DNA of 64,000 nucleotides. Source: Callorhinchus milii. Taxonomy: Eukaryota. Under the pieces are notes generated by a model. It made no database searches. It was not told the DNA's origin and saw only the letters and a list, made by a program, of their open reading frames with translations. Of the stretch, positions 49,332 to 62,952 are shown piece by piece (position 1 is the stretch's first letter; every line of letters begins with the position of its first letter). The stretch is from assembly GCF_018977255.1 (NCBI RefSeq), contig NW_024704743.1, forward strand, positions 60,390,001 through 60,454,000. The letters run 5' to 3'. Position numbers and translations under genes: made by a program.

Positions 49332-49672
49332 GGAGTCCTGTAGCATAGTGATTAGCTCGCTCACCTCACAAGCGAGAGGACCTGGGTTTGATTCCTAGGC
49401 TGGGGGAAACATTGCGCAAGCTTCCTTAGTCAATTAGTCAATTAAGTTGTTAGTCAATTGGCGGAAAGCTTTCCGGGGATAATAATCCCTCCAAAAAAGT
49501 GTGGTCACTCAATCCACGACTGTTTGTGGGACACTGCTGTGCATATGTTGCTGCCGTGTTTCGGGCTACAAAACATACAGTCAATCCACTTTACAATATA
49601 TTTTGTGAAGCACTTTGAGATGTCCAAATTACATGATAAGGCGCTATATGATATGCAAGGATTATTATTATT
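49332..49672 (+). mobile_element. Full-length Deu-domain SINE, older subfamily
   Basis: GGAGTCCTGTAGCATAGTG head, Deu core, CAAGGATTATTATT tail. Confidence 0.85.
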
Positions 49673-50127
49673 ATATTAGTATCATTATAAAATAACATTA
49701 CCCCAAAAAGATCCTGTGGTGAGGATTAAAGATATTCACACTTGTAAATAGAAACAGATAAATAATGGATCCCTTGTATAGACACAGATCACATTATTTA
49801 AAAACCTAACTTGAACAATTATTTTTAACTGTCTGAGCAGTTCCTTTCCCAGATATATTTGTTTTAATGGATTTAATAGTTTTATTGTCTGCAAATATTT
49901 AGACTTCTTTTAAGAATGGTGGAATTTTGAAAGTGATTTCTTCGGGATATTAGAAAAAGAAATATTTTATAACCATTTTGTTCATCAGCTGCCTGCGATT
50001 TTCACTATTAACATTACTTACTTTTGATCATCTGGGTGTCTGACACATGTGAAAACGCATCACCATACTTAAAAGTATATAAGAGTGAACCAGAGTGAAA
50101 GTTCCACATGTGCAGATGTAAACCAAA

Positions 50128-50358
50128 AACAACAACAAATTATATTTGTATAGCGCCTTTCATGTCAGAAAGATATCTTAAGGTGGTTGGGATCAGGAGA
50201 GGTGGAGGGCAGGAAGGGTAGGGGTAGGAGGGTGACGGAAAGCACGGTCGAAGAGGAGGGTCTTGAGACAAGTCTTGAAGGAGGCAAAGGAAGGGGCGAG
50301 GCATAGGGACCGTGGGGTAGAGTAACAGAGGGTGGGGGCAGAGAGGCTGAAGCCCTGG
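50128..50358 (-). mobile_element. L2 3' end fragment
   Basis: Homologous to the other L2 tails in the window. Confidence 0.8.
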
Positions 50359-51924
50359 AAATTTCCTTGTATCTATAATGGAATTTGTGTTCTCTCCCTC
50401 TCCCAGAAGTATTTACCTACAAAATCCACAATCACTACACTGTACTGTAAATCTTGTGAAGCACCTTGCGATGTCCTCCCGACGAGAAAGGAACTATATC
50501 AAATGCAAGGATTATTTGTCTTATTCGTGCGGATTTGTTCCCGATCTTTAAAATATTTTCACCAATACAAAGAGTATGTTTTGCTCAAAATTTTCGATGT
50601 CATATTGCTTCTATAACTTAAGATTTCTTTCAGATCAAAGTTCTAATGCTTTTTTTTCCATTCTCAAAATGGCGCACAAAAGGAAGGAATCTGGTGCAAA
50701 CGTGTACAGCACAGAAAGAAAACACATCCCACATCTTCCTTTTTTTTGTCTTGTATCTCCGGAAATACTTGAGGCTCAGCATTACACACAAAGTGTGGAC
50801 TTTATCCACACTATGCAATGTGTTTGAAACATCTTGAAAACGTTTTATCCTATATGCCTTTTTTTTACTATGAAGTTTGACCAAATTGCCTATTCTTTTA
50901 AAATTTCCAGTCACATACAGAAAATGTGCATTTTGCCTAGACTCTGTCAGCGAACTGTTTATTGCTAGACGACCTCCAGTCTGTGACCCGATTCTGTAGC
51001 CAGATTCCACCCAAGTGAATGTCGAGCCCAGCAACGGAAAACAGCAACAGGAGCAAATCAAAACCAGCCAGTGGTGAGGGCAGAGCTGCTCAGCCACCAT
51101 CCTTCATTTGTTTTGGAAATGGTGCAGTCAGTTTCTAAACGTTTCTACAAATGAAAGGCAGCTAACTATGCTTCTGAAATAATGTTCGAGAACTCGGCTC
51201 ATCTGAACTCGAGTGGAGCTGGGGGAGGGGGTGCTTAAATGTTGGCCAAGGGAATGAGCCACACCCAGATACACTCCGCTCAGACACCAAACTCCCCATA
51301 CTTATAATCTTTCCCCCCCCAAAATGAGCTTTTTTTTGCCTGAATATCAATTTAGCCCCAAACCTACCTTTTTCCTCTCCCAATAATTTAACACATTTTG
51401 CTACTTTGCATTTGCCAAAGAAAACTAACCCTAACACTGTGAAAGTTTATGATGTCTATGATTCCATTTCTGTGGAATTTCCTGTTTAGTCCAGAAATGA
51501 TCTTGAGCCAGTTTGCATTATACTGATGTTCTGATCTATAGCATATGTGTACAACACCAGTTGGAAAATTGCAATTTTAATTCTTTAAAGCTGTATAACT
51601 TTACATATATATACATATATACAACTTTACAGTTATATACAAATATAATCGGGCTTTATTTCACATAAAATATTCAAAATGTAAGCTTTGTATCATGAAT
51701 CACTGCAGATACATTCATCAGGGAATAAGGTGGAACTAGAGTAATTACATTTTCATTCAGCCTGGTTAAGAGGCCCTGTCACTTCTCAAATTATGGCTAA
51801 AAAAATGTGTTGTGGTTTTGGGTGTGGGAAATTGTGGATCTTTTCTGAAGGCTATTGGTATAAACTTAACAAGGAATATCTGAAATTAAAGCTCCACCAA
51901 ACAGATTTTGTTGAGGGGGTAGTT

Positions 51925-52345
51925 TCAGCCTCATTCAGCTGATAGCACCCTCACCTCTGTCAGAAGGTTGTGGGTTCAAGCCCTACAACAGAACTTTAAA
52001 CTCATATAGTCCAGGCTGATGCTCCATTGCATTGCTGGGGAGTGCTGCATTCCTTGAGGTGCTGTCCTTTGAATGTGGTCTGCCTGTTTAAGTGAACATT
52101 AAAGATGCCATGTCCACTATTCAAAAAGAGAAGGGAGTTTCTCCTGATGTCCTGGCAAACAATCCCCCAGATAAAATTGATCACTCACTACATGGTTGTT
52201 TGTATGATACTGATATGCATAACCTAGCTAATGTTTGCAAAATACATAGTCATTACTTTTTGCAGTAAATCATGTGAAGCTCTTTGCGATGTACACCTAA
52301 TGAGAAAGGCGCTATAACAAATGTAAGATTATTTTTATTTATTAT
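51925..52345 (+). mobile_element. Long DeuSINE (SacSINE1-like)
   Basis: AGCACCCTCACCTCTGTCAGAAGGTTGTGGGTTCAAG head through to GAAAGGCGCTATA tail. Confidence 0.8.
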
Positions 52346-52699
52346 CCGGATTTGGTCACATGAAGGTTTATAAATTGCAATATACATCACATTGGACATT
52401 TTACAGGCAACCTTTCACAAGTGCGCCTTAGGTCAGATTTGAACCCACATCCTAGAGGTGAAAAAAATATTTCAGTAGCACCGCCTATTGTTTTAATTGT
52501 GCATCCAACAAATGTGTCCCCATCTTAATTTTCCTTAAGGTGAACAGCCTTAACCTGAACACAACTGTTTCTCTTGTGATCGCTCAAAAATCACAAAATA
52601 TATATAAAATGCATAAAGAAAATCAGTCGATCGCATTGACTGTCTGACTGCTACTGATAGAGATTATATGTACATTTACATGTACCTGTCCACTCCTTC

Positions 52700-53025
52700 T
52701 GCTTAGCAGACTCCGGCCTGCTCCATGTCTCCCACCTGGCCCACCCCACCATCGGCGGTCGGCCCTTCAGCCTCTCTGCCCCCACCCTCTGTATCCATCC
52801 CACAATCCCTTCGCCTCGCTCCCTCTCTTTCCTCCTTCAAGGCGCTTCCCAAAACCCTGCTCTTCAGCAGCGCATATGGTCACCCTCCTACCCTCTACCC
52901 TCCCTGATCCCAACACCGCCCCCCCCCCCACCCCCTGGCTTGAGTCCTACTTCCTGTCTTTTAGGGCCTTGAGACGTCCTCCCGTGAAAAACGCTTTACA
53001 AACGTAATTTTGTATTGTTGTATTG
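52700..53025 (+). mobile_element. L2 3' end fragment
   Basis: IPQSLRLAPSLSSFKALPKTLLF and tail. Confidence 0.85.
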
Positions 53026-53719
53026 TACAATATTCATTCTTATCACTTACCCTGGACAAAAATACCAAACTGGCTGAAACTCAGCTTGCATAGTGTTTAT
53101 GCTCAATAGAATAGGAAAAATGGGGAGCTGGTTTTCGAGACAGTGTTTTTGCAATCATTGCAAGAGTTTGAATCTGTTTTTTAATGCAGAAAAAACATCA
53201 GATATTGTATGCCTTCATCGGGTTGTTTGAATTTCAGTGAACTCATAAATGTATTCACTTTAACTTAAATTCCTAAATATCATGCCCCAGCAATTTCACT
53301 TTTGTGTGTGCTGATGTAGCTATTCAAATGTTGATAAATGCCTGCTATCTGATGAAATGTTTAAATTCTTCTCCCAGTCGATGGTTTGTTCACACTCCCT
53401 AAGGCCAGAAGGAGATGCAGACCTGATAACATTTAAAGCAACCTCCATTCACATCAAAAGTCCAGTTTGTGTTATTTTTATTTTGTACAAGAGTTGAAGT
53501 CCAAAGTTGATGTATAAGAGTCAATATGCACTTCAGAATTCTTGCATTTGACATAGTGCCCATCATATTAAGAACATCTCAAAAGAGATGTAAAGTGTAG
53601 TGACTCTGAGTTTGAAGGTGAATGCAACAAACAATTTGCACATTGTAATGTCCCACAATCAGTCATGTGGTGAATGATCTTGTGAGTTGTTTAGTCATGA
53701 ATATTCTTTAATGTCTCAC

Positions 53720-54935
53720 TCGCTCAACCTTCCCTTACTTCTGCAACATTTCTGACCTCCAATAGTATGTCTCCCCCAGCTGCCAAGACCTTTATTTCCA
53801 CTTTTATCACATCCATCATTTACTACTAAAATGCCCTTCTTGCTGGAATCCCAAACTCTACCCTATACAAGTTAGACTATCATTCCATCCATGCTCAGCT
53901 CCACAGGCACCCTGTCCTCCACTGAATTCAAGATCTTTGTATTTAAATCCCTCTATTGCCTCACCCCACCCTACCACCGTGACCACTTTGGCCACTCCCT
54001 CCGCTCAGCAACTACTGCCTATTTCAAGTTCCTCATCCAACCAGCACCACCATCAATGGATGAGCGATTAGCCCTACCTGTTCTCTGGAACTCCATACTG
54101 GCATCCCTCTACCTCGTCCCCTCCGTCCCACCTTTAAAACCTGGCTTAAGACCTTTCTTTTTGATCGTAATTTCACCTTTCTCCTTCCTTCCTCAGCTCC
54201 CCTCGTCCCAGCTTGCACTCTATGAAGCACTTTGAGATGTCCTCCTGACATATAAATGTAAAATAGTTAATGTTGTTGACTGCTCTTCATTTATAACCCT
54301 TCCAGAAACTACAACAACAACTTGCATTTATCCAGCATGTTTCATGCAGGATAGCGTCTCGAGCCCTGCACAGAGGTGAAGTTGGACTGAAGGGAGAAAG
54401 GGGAGGGGGAGTTGACCATGGGCACGGTCAAAGAGAGAGGGCTTAAGGTGGGAAAGGGGAGAGGTGGAGGGATTAAGGCACAGGGTTCTAGAGGTAAGGG
54501 GGGGAGGCGGGGGGGGGGGGGCTACTGGCTGAAGGTACGGTCATTGACATTGTGCAATTGTCTGCCGCGTTTCGCCCATAAAACACAGTCACTACACTTT
54601 ACAGATTATTTTGTAAAGCGCTTTGAGATGTCTCAAAGACGTGCTAAAGCACTATTTCAAATGCAAGGATTATTATTTATTATTATGATAGTGACGCAGA
54701 GAGATCGGGGAGATCGGAGAGACAGCAGACAGCAGGACTGTACCAGCTGAATGTAGAATGTACCAGCTGAATGTTGAATGTAGAGGACGGGCAGAGAAGT
54801 GGGGTACAAGCAGGTCAGAGAGTTAGAAATTGTTGGGGCATGAAGGGATACGTATGTGAGTGTGAGGATCTTGAAATTGATTCTTTTGGAAACAGGGAGC
54901 CGGTGGAGCCTGGTGAGGATTGGGGTGATGGAATG
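53720..54935. mobile_element. Cluster of degenerate L2 fragments (both strands) and a SINE tail (54545-54685)
   Basis: FKIFVFKSL..LWNS on plus; HSITPILTRLHRLPV..RINFKIL on minus. Confidence 0.7.
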
Positions 54936-56589
54936 TATCATTCAGAATTAATCAGTGTTAACATAAACCACCTAAATATGTTCACTCTTTTAACTTAAAA
55001 ATAAACTTAATCTCTTTCAGAGTAAATCTAGCTGAATTTTAATGCATACATGTGTCAGGCAATCAATTGAGGAAATGGGATTCATTCACAAATAGGCAGT
55101 TCTGTAGGAAATATTTGAATTAAAATGTTTTAAGTTCTTTTGCCCATTCTTCAGGATTCTTGCACACTGCAAATCATGCCCTATCTTGGTCTATGTCTAT
55201 GGGTCAGTGATGGAGAATGGCCTGGATTGACTCTCCTTCAGAGTTTTCCCTTTCTCCTCTCTACAAAGAGATAGAGTTCTACAGGTAAGGGAGGCAAACC
55301 TTGCATTTAGTATAACACCTTATCATATCATCAAAATTTCTCTTCTCAAAGGGCTTCACAGGATTTACTCTGAAGTTTAGTAATTTGTTGGTGATCATGG
55401 CCACCAATTGCACACAGCAAAATGTACACACTGAAAAACACTTTAAGATTACTAGGACAGTAGAACACAAAGAGTTGAGTGGGCAATTTCAGGCCAGACA
55501 CCAGAATATTTTTCTATGTTTGGAGGGAAATTAATGATTAAATTAATGGAAGTGAACAGTTTGCCAGAAAGATGGATGAGGCCAGAACATTGGATTCATT
55601 TAAAAAGCAGTTTGATGCAGGGAAGTTGGTAGGTTGGGTATTCTGGAAGGATGAGAGCAGATGGTAATGCAGAATTGCAAAGATTAAACTTAAATTAATT
55701 ACTCAGCTCATGGTTGTTTTGTTTGTATGAAGAGAAGCCCTTTCTACTGTACTTGTCAACAATTGTCTACTAGCAAAGTGAGTTATTGTAATAAAATAGG
55801 ACAGGATATAATGGGGCACTACAGCTACATAACCTGAATTGCTCTCTTGAAATGGTTCATCTTTGAGAGCTAAGCTATTACATATTGTTTCCACAATGGT
55901 TCCTAATACGTGGCAGAAGACTTGATGATATCACATTCCTCACAGTCTGAACCACATTGGTCTAAGTTTTCCACCAGATATGTAATCTTCTGCTGGCTGA
56001 CGCCCCAGTTTCTAAGTGCTCTTCGCTAGCTCAAAAAAATTACAAGTTTCTTTTGAAAAAAATCTGGAAGCATACCAAGCCACTGAGGCAGAGCAGATCA
56101 ATGCCTGTTCTGTAACACCTGCCTGCCACCTGGTATGCAGCACTAACCCTGCACCAAAGCCTCTGAAAAGTAGCTTAATTTCTTCTGAAATGAACACGGC
56201 AACAATGTGGTGAAACACTGAAAAAAAATGACGAGCTTAATCGTGTGATCTGAGCCACAGAAATATCCAGATTTAAAGCTGTAATGCAGTCCAACCAGTA
56301 GTGCCAATTGCCGATCATTAGGACGGACAGGCTGTCCTTCTGGATCAGAATGAGGTATCTCAGCCACCGAGAATAAATACAATCCCATATGTGTTCCAGT
56401 GAAGAGGCACGCCTAAAACATTAACCTATTCTTTCAGATGCGGGTTCCCTGCACTACATTTCCCCGGTCTTCAATCGATCTATTTCAGGTTTGCAGTGCT
56501 AACTATATTGGCTTTTATCTGTGAAGCTTTAATGAGCTAGCAATCTATCATTCTTTTGGATCATAAACTACACTATTTTATTCCACTCA

Positions 56590-56870
56590 CAAATCCCCCC
56601 TTCCCAGCCTCCAAATGTTTGACTCATTTTTTTCCTGCTATTGGAGTACTGCCATCTTCCAGTATCTTACCATGAGTTATCGGTAAGCTATTTGATTGCA
56701 GAAGCATCAGAGCCAAGCCTGATCTCAAACCATTGCCCACAGATGTACACTACAGTAGGGGGTTGCAGTTCAGCGATTAAAAGCAAGAACCCTGGCTAAC
56801 TTTCCCTCTGTGGCCCAGGCACAGCTGTGCTCCTAGTACCATGTGGGCTGAGATCAGTAACTCCAGACCT
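56590..56870 (-). mobile_element. AmnSINE2-like, degenerate
   Basis: Minus strand GTTACTGATCTCAGC..AGTTAGCCAGGGTTCTTGCT..ATCAGGCTTGGCTCTGATGC. Confidence 0.5.
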
Positions 56871-58672
56871 TCTCACTAAATCAGTGTGGGCACATATAAA
56901 AGACCCTCCTAACATTTCTCTATATGATAAAATGAAAGAGGAATGTCTTACATATCAATTCATGTTCTCCGATCAAAACACTTCATCTTTAAAATAAATT
57001 TCCCAGAGATTTTTGAAGATGAATTCCTTTCCGTGCAGAACCGGGATTCTTTGGTAGTTTTGAGATTAACATAGCAGAAAATGCAAACATATAATAATAC
57101 TAGTACTAATAATAATCCTTGCATTTAATATAGTGCCTTATCACATCGTCGAGCATTCTAAAAGCACTCCTCAGGATATACTGTGAAGTGGATTAACTCT
57201 GTATTTTGCGGGAAAAATCCTAGAGTTGACAACGGCACTGATGGAGTTAACTGGAAAATTAAGGCTGAACTGCTGAACTCCCCAGAGAAGAGTAATGTGG
57301 TTGCCTGTGTGGAGTGAGTGAACATTTCAGGCAGTCTGTTACAGCAATTGTTAATTGCTGTTATTTGAGTTCGGGACAGTTCAGTTCAATAGTGAGTAAG
57401 TAAGTGACTAACCATGGAGACATCCAAGCAGTGAGTTAGAGAGAGAGGATGCTGAACTTTCTCTTTGCATTGCAGAAGTTAAGTCCTAAATAAATGTACA
57501 AATGCTCAATGTATTTCCCATCTGTGGCACATGAATCCCTAAATGAAATATACCATGGTGTCTTGACTGACATTCAGTTGGGAACACATAGGAGGAGTTG
57601 AACCATTTTGGAACCATTGGCAAATTACAGTTCCTCCCATTTTTTCTTTCACTCAAGTCTTTTTTTGCCATAAAACAGTCTGCACTGGAGAAAGAACTCC
57701 ACTGGAGAAAAAAATGAGCTTAATAAAACTTAAAAGGGACTCTTGCACATGCTCCAAGCATGTTGCAAAGAACCAAAGGACATGTTATCCTTTACTCAGT
57801 AACTTCCCTCCCATGACACCACCCAGCCCATTCCGTTTCCTATGCTCTCATGAAAAACTCCTCGTAGATACATTTGAGGGACAAAATTTGCTGAAAGCCA
57901 GATTTGGGAACTTGTTTGATTCTCTGAGCCACGTATATTTTCCACTCCAAATTCCACAAACCAAGGCATTTGGGCTATTTCATGATTTAAGAGTTTGAAG
58001 CAATATTTTCTATGATGTTTTGACTTTATTTACTGCTTAAACATCTATTGGCAACTAGACCTGCAATATTTTTCTGTTGTATGGTAAATGGTGATTTGAC
58101 GCATATTATATCTGAAACCCGATATTAAGTTAATGCTGTTTTCAGTGATAAAATATAATTGTAAATCAATAATAATCCTTGCGTTTGCATTTGGCATTGC
58201 ATTTTTCATGTCAGAAGGATAGTGCTTCATAGGATATATTGTAAGATTTAGCGACTGTATTTTGTAGGCGAATGCGGCATAGCAATATCCCACAAATAGC
58301 CATGAAGCTGTTAGCCTTCAAGTGGTCTTTATGCTATCTATTCACTACCTAGTAGAGATTGTTTGACTGCTTAAGCTCTCTGGGACACAACCCTGCGTGA
58401 GGGGCACTATATAAATGCAAGTCGTTGTTGTTGTTCAAAGAATAATTAGTTTCCCCCTGTTGACCAGGTAAATGCAACCTCATAAATATGTGCTCTGGGA
58501 GAAGCCAGCCCGGAATTCCATTGCTGATAACCATACTCTGCAGAATTATTTGGAAAATGTTGGCAAGGTGTCAGGGGATTTGTTTATGAGGTCTGATGGA
58601 AGCATTCTGGCTATTGTAGTGGAAATTAAAGGAAAAGTTGCAATTGCTGGAAATATGAACCAAAATAAATAT

Positions 58673-58763
58673 ATAATAATAATAATCCTTGCATTTGATA
58701 TAGCGCTTTTCACGTCTTCTAGAATTGTGAGGTGAGTGCTTTAACCACTAAGTTACATGACTC
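58673..58763 (-). mobile_element. Mini-SINE: head joined directly to tail by internal deletion
   Basis: Minus strand GGAGTCATGTAACTTAGTGGTTAAAGCACTCACCTCACAA|TTCTAGAAGACGTGAAAAGCGCTATATCAAATGCAAGG(ATT)n. Confidence 0.8.
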
Positions 58764-60652
58764 CCTAACCAGGAACCAGGAACCAGGACTTTGGAATATA
58801 CACAGCATCTGACCGAGAAAAATAGGTGACATTTTTGGGTGTGGTCCTCCATCAGGACAGAGTCAAACAGATGTTTCAATTTCTGTTTAGTATTGAAGCG
58901 TGAAAAGGCAAAAATGTCATCATTTGAATTAATTAAAAATAATAATAATATTCCTTACTTTTGATGTACCACTTTTTATATCAGGAGGCTATCTTAACAA
59001 GCTTCACGGGATATACTATAAAGTGTAGGGACTGTTTGTTTTGGTGGTGAACGTATGTGAGGGAATGTGGTATTCTTAAGCATATTCCACTCCTTCATTA
59101 TCACGTTTTCTTAAATAAAAAACAGTTTATGATCTGTTGGATGACTGCACTGCTGACTGAACCCTTGTTGAGACCTGGTCCTGTATCCAGAGAGCTGAGG
59201 GTGTGGCATGAGACAATTCCATTAATTATCATGTGCTGTGCCCATGGTGGGCTCCAGCTGGGAACATTAAAGCATAGTTCTGGTGCTGTTCGCCTCCCTC
59301 TGGTCATAAACCAGTGCTTCCTCCAACCACACATGGGCATCAGTGTATGAAGATTATGCTCATAGTCAGAAAATAGATGGAAAATTGAAGGTTTCACTTT
59401 TCTGCACATGGAAATACAGTACGTTGTACACAAATATTCCCAGAAACATAGCGCAGCTCTGTTATCTCATTCATGGTTTTAGGGAAAGGAGGTTTAAATG
59501 ATATATGATCTTCTTGTAATCGTATTCTGGGCATGGCAGACTGGACAAATGACTCAAAAATATGAGACCATTAGATATTTGACATTAAATTCCATCATTT
59601 TATACTGTGATAAGATTATTTTCGCAAACTTTATTTTATAAACTCAATAGCAGTGTGAAGTGTATTCATGTAACTCACCTTTTTCTACATATGTGAAGGA
59701 TGATTACTTAAGAGTTGTAAGGTAGCATCATGCAAGCCTCAGAGCAAAAAAATACCATAAATACCTGCAGATGTTTGTGTAGTAAATAGCTTCAGTGCAA
59801 TGTTTGGATTCTGGATTCTATGGTGTGCTAAAGTGAGAACTTCACTCTTGGAGTGAGAAGGAAACTGATAACTTCTGTGTGGTTCGAGTGCCAAGGCCCC
59901 AGGCCAATCTATTCTATCAAACCACAGGATCAGTTTAGTGCTGAAAGTACTTTGCAAACACACTTTTCCAGTTAAAGTACCTTTTAATAAGAAGTAGTGG
60001 GATGTTTTACTAAATTATCATTTGATTTGAAACCAAATTGCAGTGCTCCAAACTCTGCCTCGTGTGTACATAGATCAACACATGTACGGTTTAGATAAAG
60101 TAGGTCCATTTACTCTCAAAATATTCTCACTTCAGGAAGTTAAAAGAGAAAAGAGCATCAAGAGCCTGTTAGGGGAAGAGGAAATACGGCATCAGTGCAC
60201 ATTGTTATGGGAAAGAGGCTTCTTGAATGATAGCAGAATAACCCTATTACCAGGTCTGGGAGTTTCACTTTACTCCCCCTCACTGTTAAGCACGCAATAC
60301 CTTAATAAGGAACCTTATTCCTCAAAAAGGAAGCTGGGATATCTTACAGTAGTCAGAGTACGCCATGGTAACTACTCCAACAGATTCTATTGTTCGAATA
60401 CAAAATACACAGTTACTACAGTTTACAGTATATCAATTTGAAATATCCTCTCAACGTGAAGGTACTAAATCAAATATAAGGATTATTTGAACCATAGAAC
60501 CATAGAAATGTAGAAGAAGGGCATTCAGACCACTATTATTCACTGGCTCTTTTAAAGAGGAATCCTTTTAGTCCCATTTTCTTGCCTTTTCTTCATGTCC
60601 CTGTATTTTACTTCTTTATAAATTTTATAATCTAGTTTCCTTTTGAAGGATT

Positions 60653-60916
60653 ATAATAATAATCTTTGCATTCGATACGGGGCCTTATCATGTCGTTGAG
60701 ATATCTCAAAGCGCTTCACAGAATATACTGTAAAGTAGAATGACTGTATATTTTGTGGGTGAAATGCGGCAGCCAATTGCCCAATTACACACAAATAGTC
60801 ATGGATTGAGCAACAAATTTATTCTTTTTAGTAATTTTTCTTTTGTTGAAAAGATTATTACCTCTGGAAAAAGCAATCTGCCAATCGACTAACAAGCGGG
60901 TTCCTACTCACTGCTA
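60653..60916 (-). mobile_element. 5'-truncated Deu-domain SINE, longer subfamily
   Basis: Shares the AGTAGGAACCC..GTTAGTCGATTGGCAGAT module with 26388-26430. Confidence 0.85.
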
Positions 60917-62607
60917 CGTAATTATATTAAATTATATATAAATTATATATATTATATATAATATATATCTCCATCCAAGTTGAAACTTTCCACTGGGATT
61001 ATTATTTTTATTTTTACTGGCAACTTGTATCACATTACAAATGCAAGATTTGGTCACCTGCCTCACCCTAAGACTGTGAGCTCATGCATGGCGAATGATC
61101 AATAGCCTTTACCACCTCCTTCCCTATCCCTAACGGCCTCCATCATCCCCACCATCCAATTTCCAACACAGGTATGTGTCCATATAAAAGTGGCAAAAAT
61201 CACTCAGCCTTGTGTGCAGCGTTGCACTCTTGTAAAAAAAAATCTAAGTTGCTGTATTTCTTAACAGGATTCCTTAATAAGAAATCTGTGTCATGCAAAT
61301 GGGATACCTTACACTAACCAGAAGTATGCCCTGAGAACTCTGTTCTAATGGAATATATTGTTTGTGTACAAAATATTCTATCCCTCCTTCCCTGTCCTCC
61401 AGATGAGGTGCTTGGTTTCCAATCAGTAGTATGGCTTTTTCCAGGGGTAATAATCTTTTCAACAAAAGAAAAATTACTAAAAAGATCAATCACAACCCGA
61501 TGCTCTGAAATGCTGTGTTGTGGTGCTCCAACTCTTTGTGCCCTCCACTGCAGTGGATGGATACAATTTACAATATCCAATCAATGAAGATCCTGGTTCA
61601 CAAGCTGCTGCCTTAACCACTGCACCATTAACCGTTACAGCTGCTCAAAAATAACTCAATGCCATTTTATTTTATGGTTCACTGTTTAGAATGAGATTTG
61701 TGCAGTTTACATGACAAATTTCTAGCGTGTAGGTTTTGTTTTTCCTCTTCTAAAATGAAATGCATGTCATAAATTTTGAAATCAGAGAGAGCTGAACCCC
61801 CTTCTTCACTGTCAAACCAGATCAGTGTGCTATCTGGTGTTGCTCAATTCAACCCTCCTCTTACTGAATGTTGTCAAACAATCTATCCTCAGCCACGTAC
61901 TGTAATTTGGCTAAAATTATAGGATGTGTAGCAATTGCTTTGTAATGTATAAATTTAAAAAAATGTTGAAAAGAAAAATTGTTTATATATATTTTTACTG
62001 TGGAGATCCTGGAATGTTAATCTGTATCCAGTAAAATGCATAATTTAAACTATGTGTACCTATTAGGAAAAAGAAAAGTTGGGTGAGGCAACCTGAAGAT
62101 ACGTCTAAGGTGGTCTGTGTATGTGGAGACAACACCAGCACAGACTTGATGGGCCAAATGATGCTGCAGTATTCTATGATTCGAAAATGAGATTACTGGA
62201 CTTTGATGTTACTCACATGTTTGCAAACACAATTGAGGTTATACAGCTAAGAAGTTACAAGTCAGAAAACTCATCGTCAATAGCTTCCCTAAGGTGAAAC
62301 CAAGAGTTCATTTTGATTGAATGAACAATGAACCGAGGATGATGCTGCGAAAAATATAATTGGGAGATTTTTATTGATCCCAACGTGTAGTTTGTGTGCA
62401 AGCCTCTCATTGTACACATTGGGATGTCCTCCCGACGTGAAACATACTATATAAATGCAATTTGTTGTTGTTGTTGAATATAGTTAAGCTAAATTTAGCC
62501 ATTATATCGCAAAATTACATACTTAGAATAGAAAAGCTACAATAGAGAGCATAAAGAAAGATCTAGAGGTCTAATATATTATATTCATGCAACAGAAATA
62601 CTACTAT

Positions 62608-62952
62608 TAATAATAATCCTTGCCTTTTGTAGAACGCCTTTCACACTAAAACATCCCAAATATACTGGATATACTGTGAAGTGGAGTTATTGTATACTTG
62701 TGGGTGAGTGTGGCAACCAATTTGCACACAATAGTATCTCACAAACAGCCATGGAATGAGTGACCAATTTTATTTCGGGGGCATTGTTGGCTAGGATACC
62801 AGGCAAAACTCCCTTCTCTTTTCAAGAAGTGCCATTGGATTTTTAACGTTCACCTGAGCAGGCAGATGGGACCTTGGTTTAACATCTCATCTGAAGGATG
62901 ACACCTCTAACAATGCAACACTGAATTGGAGTGCAGCACTGCACTGGAGTGT
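62608..62952 (-). mobile_element. Long DeuSINE (SacSINE1-like)
   Basis: Minus strand CAGATGAGATGTTAAACCAAGGTCCCATCTGCC..TTTGTGAGATACTATTGTGTGCAAATTGGTTGCC. Confidence 0.8.

Noticed and set aside
51184..51210. Minus-strand CAGATGAG..CGAAC hammerhead-like string
   Set aside because: Both catalytic boxes are mismatched and stems I and III are missing.
53040..53130. Strong minus-strand splice donor GGTAAGTG
   Set aside because: No convincing acceptor, reading frame or partner exons.
56131..56148. CTCF site (minus strand ATACCAGGTGGCAG)
   Set aside because: The first two core positions mismatch; cannot be supported without PWM scoring or ChIP.
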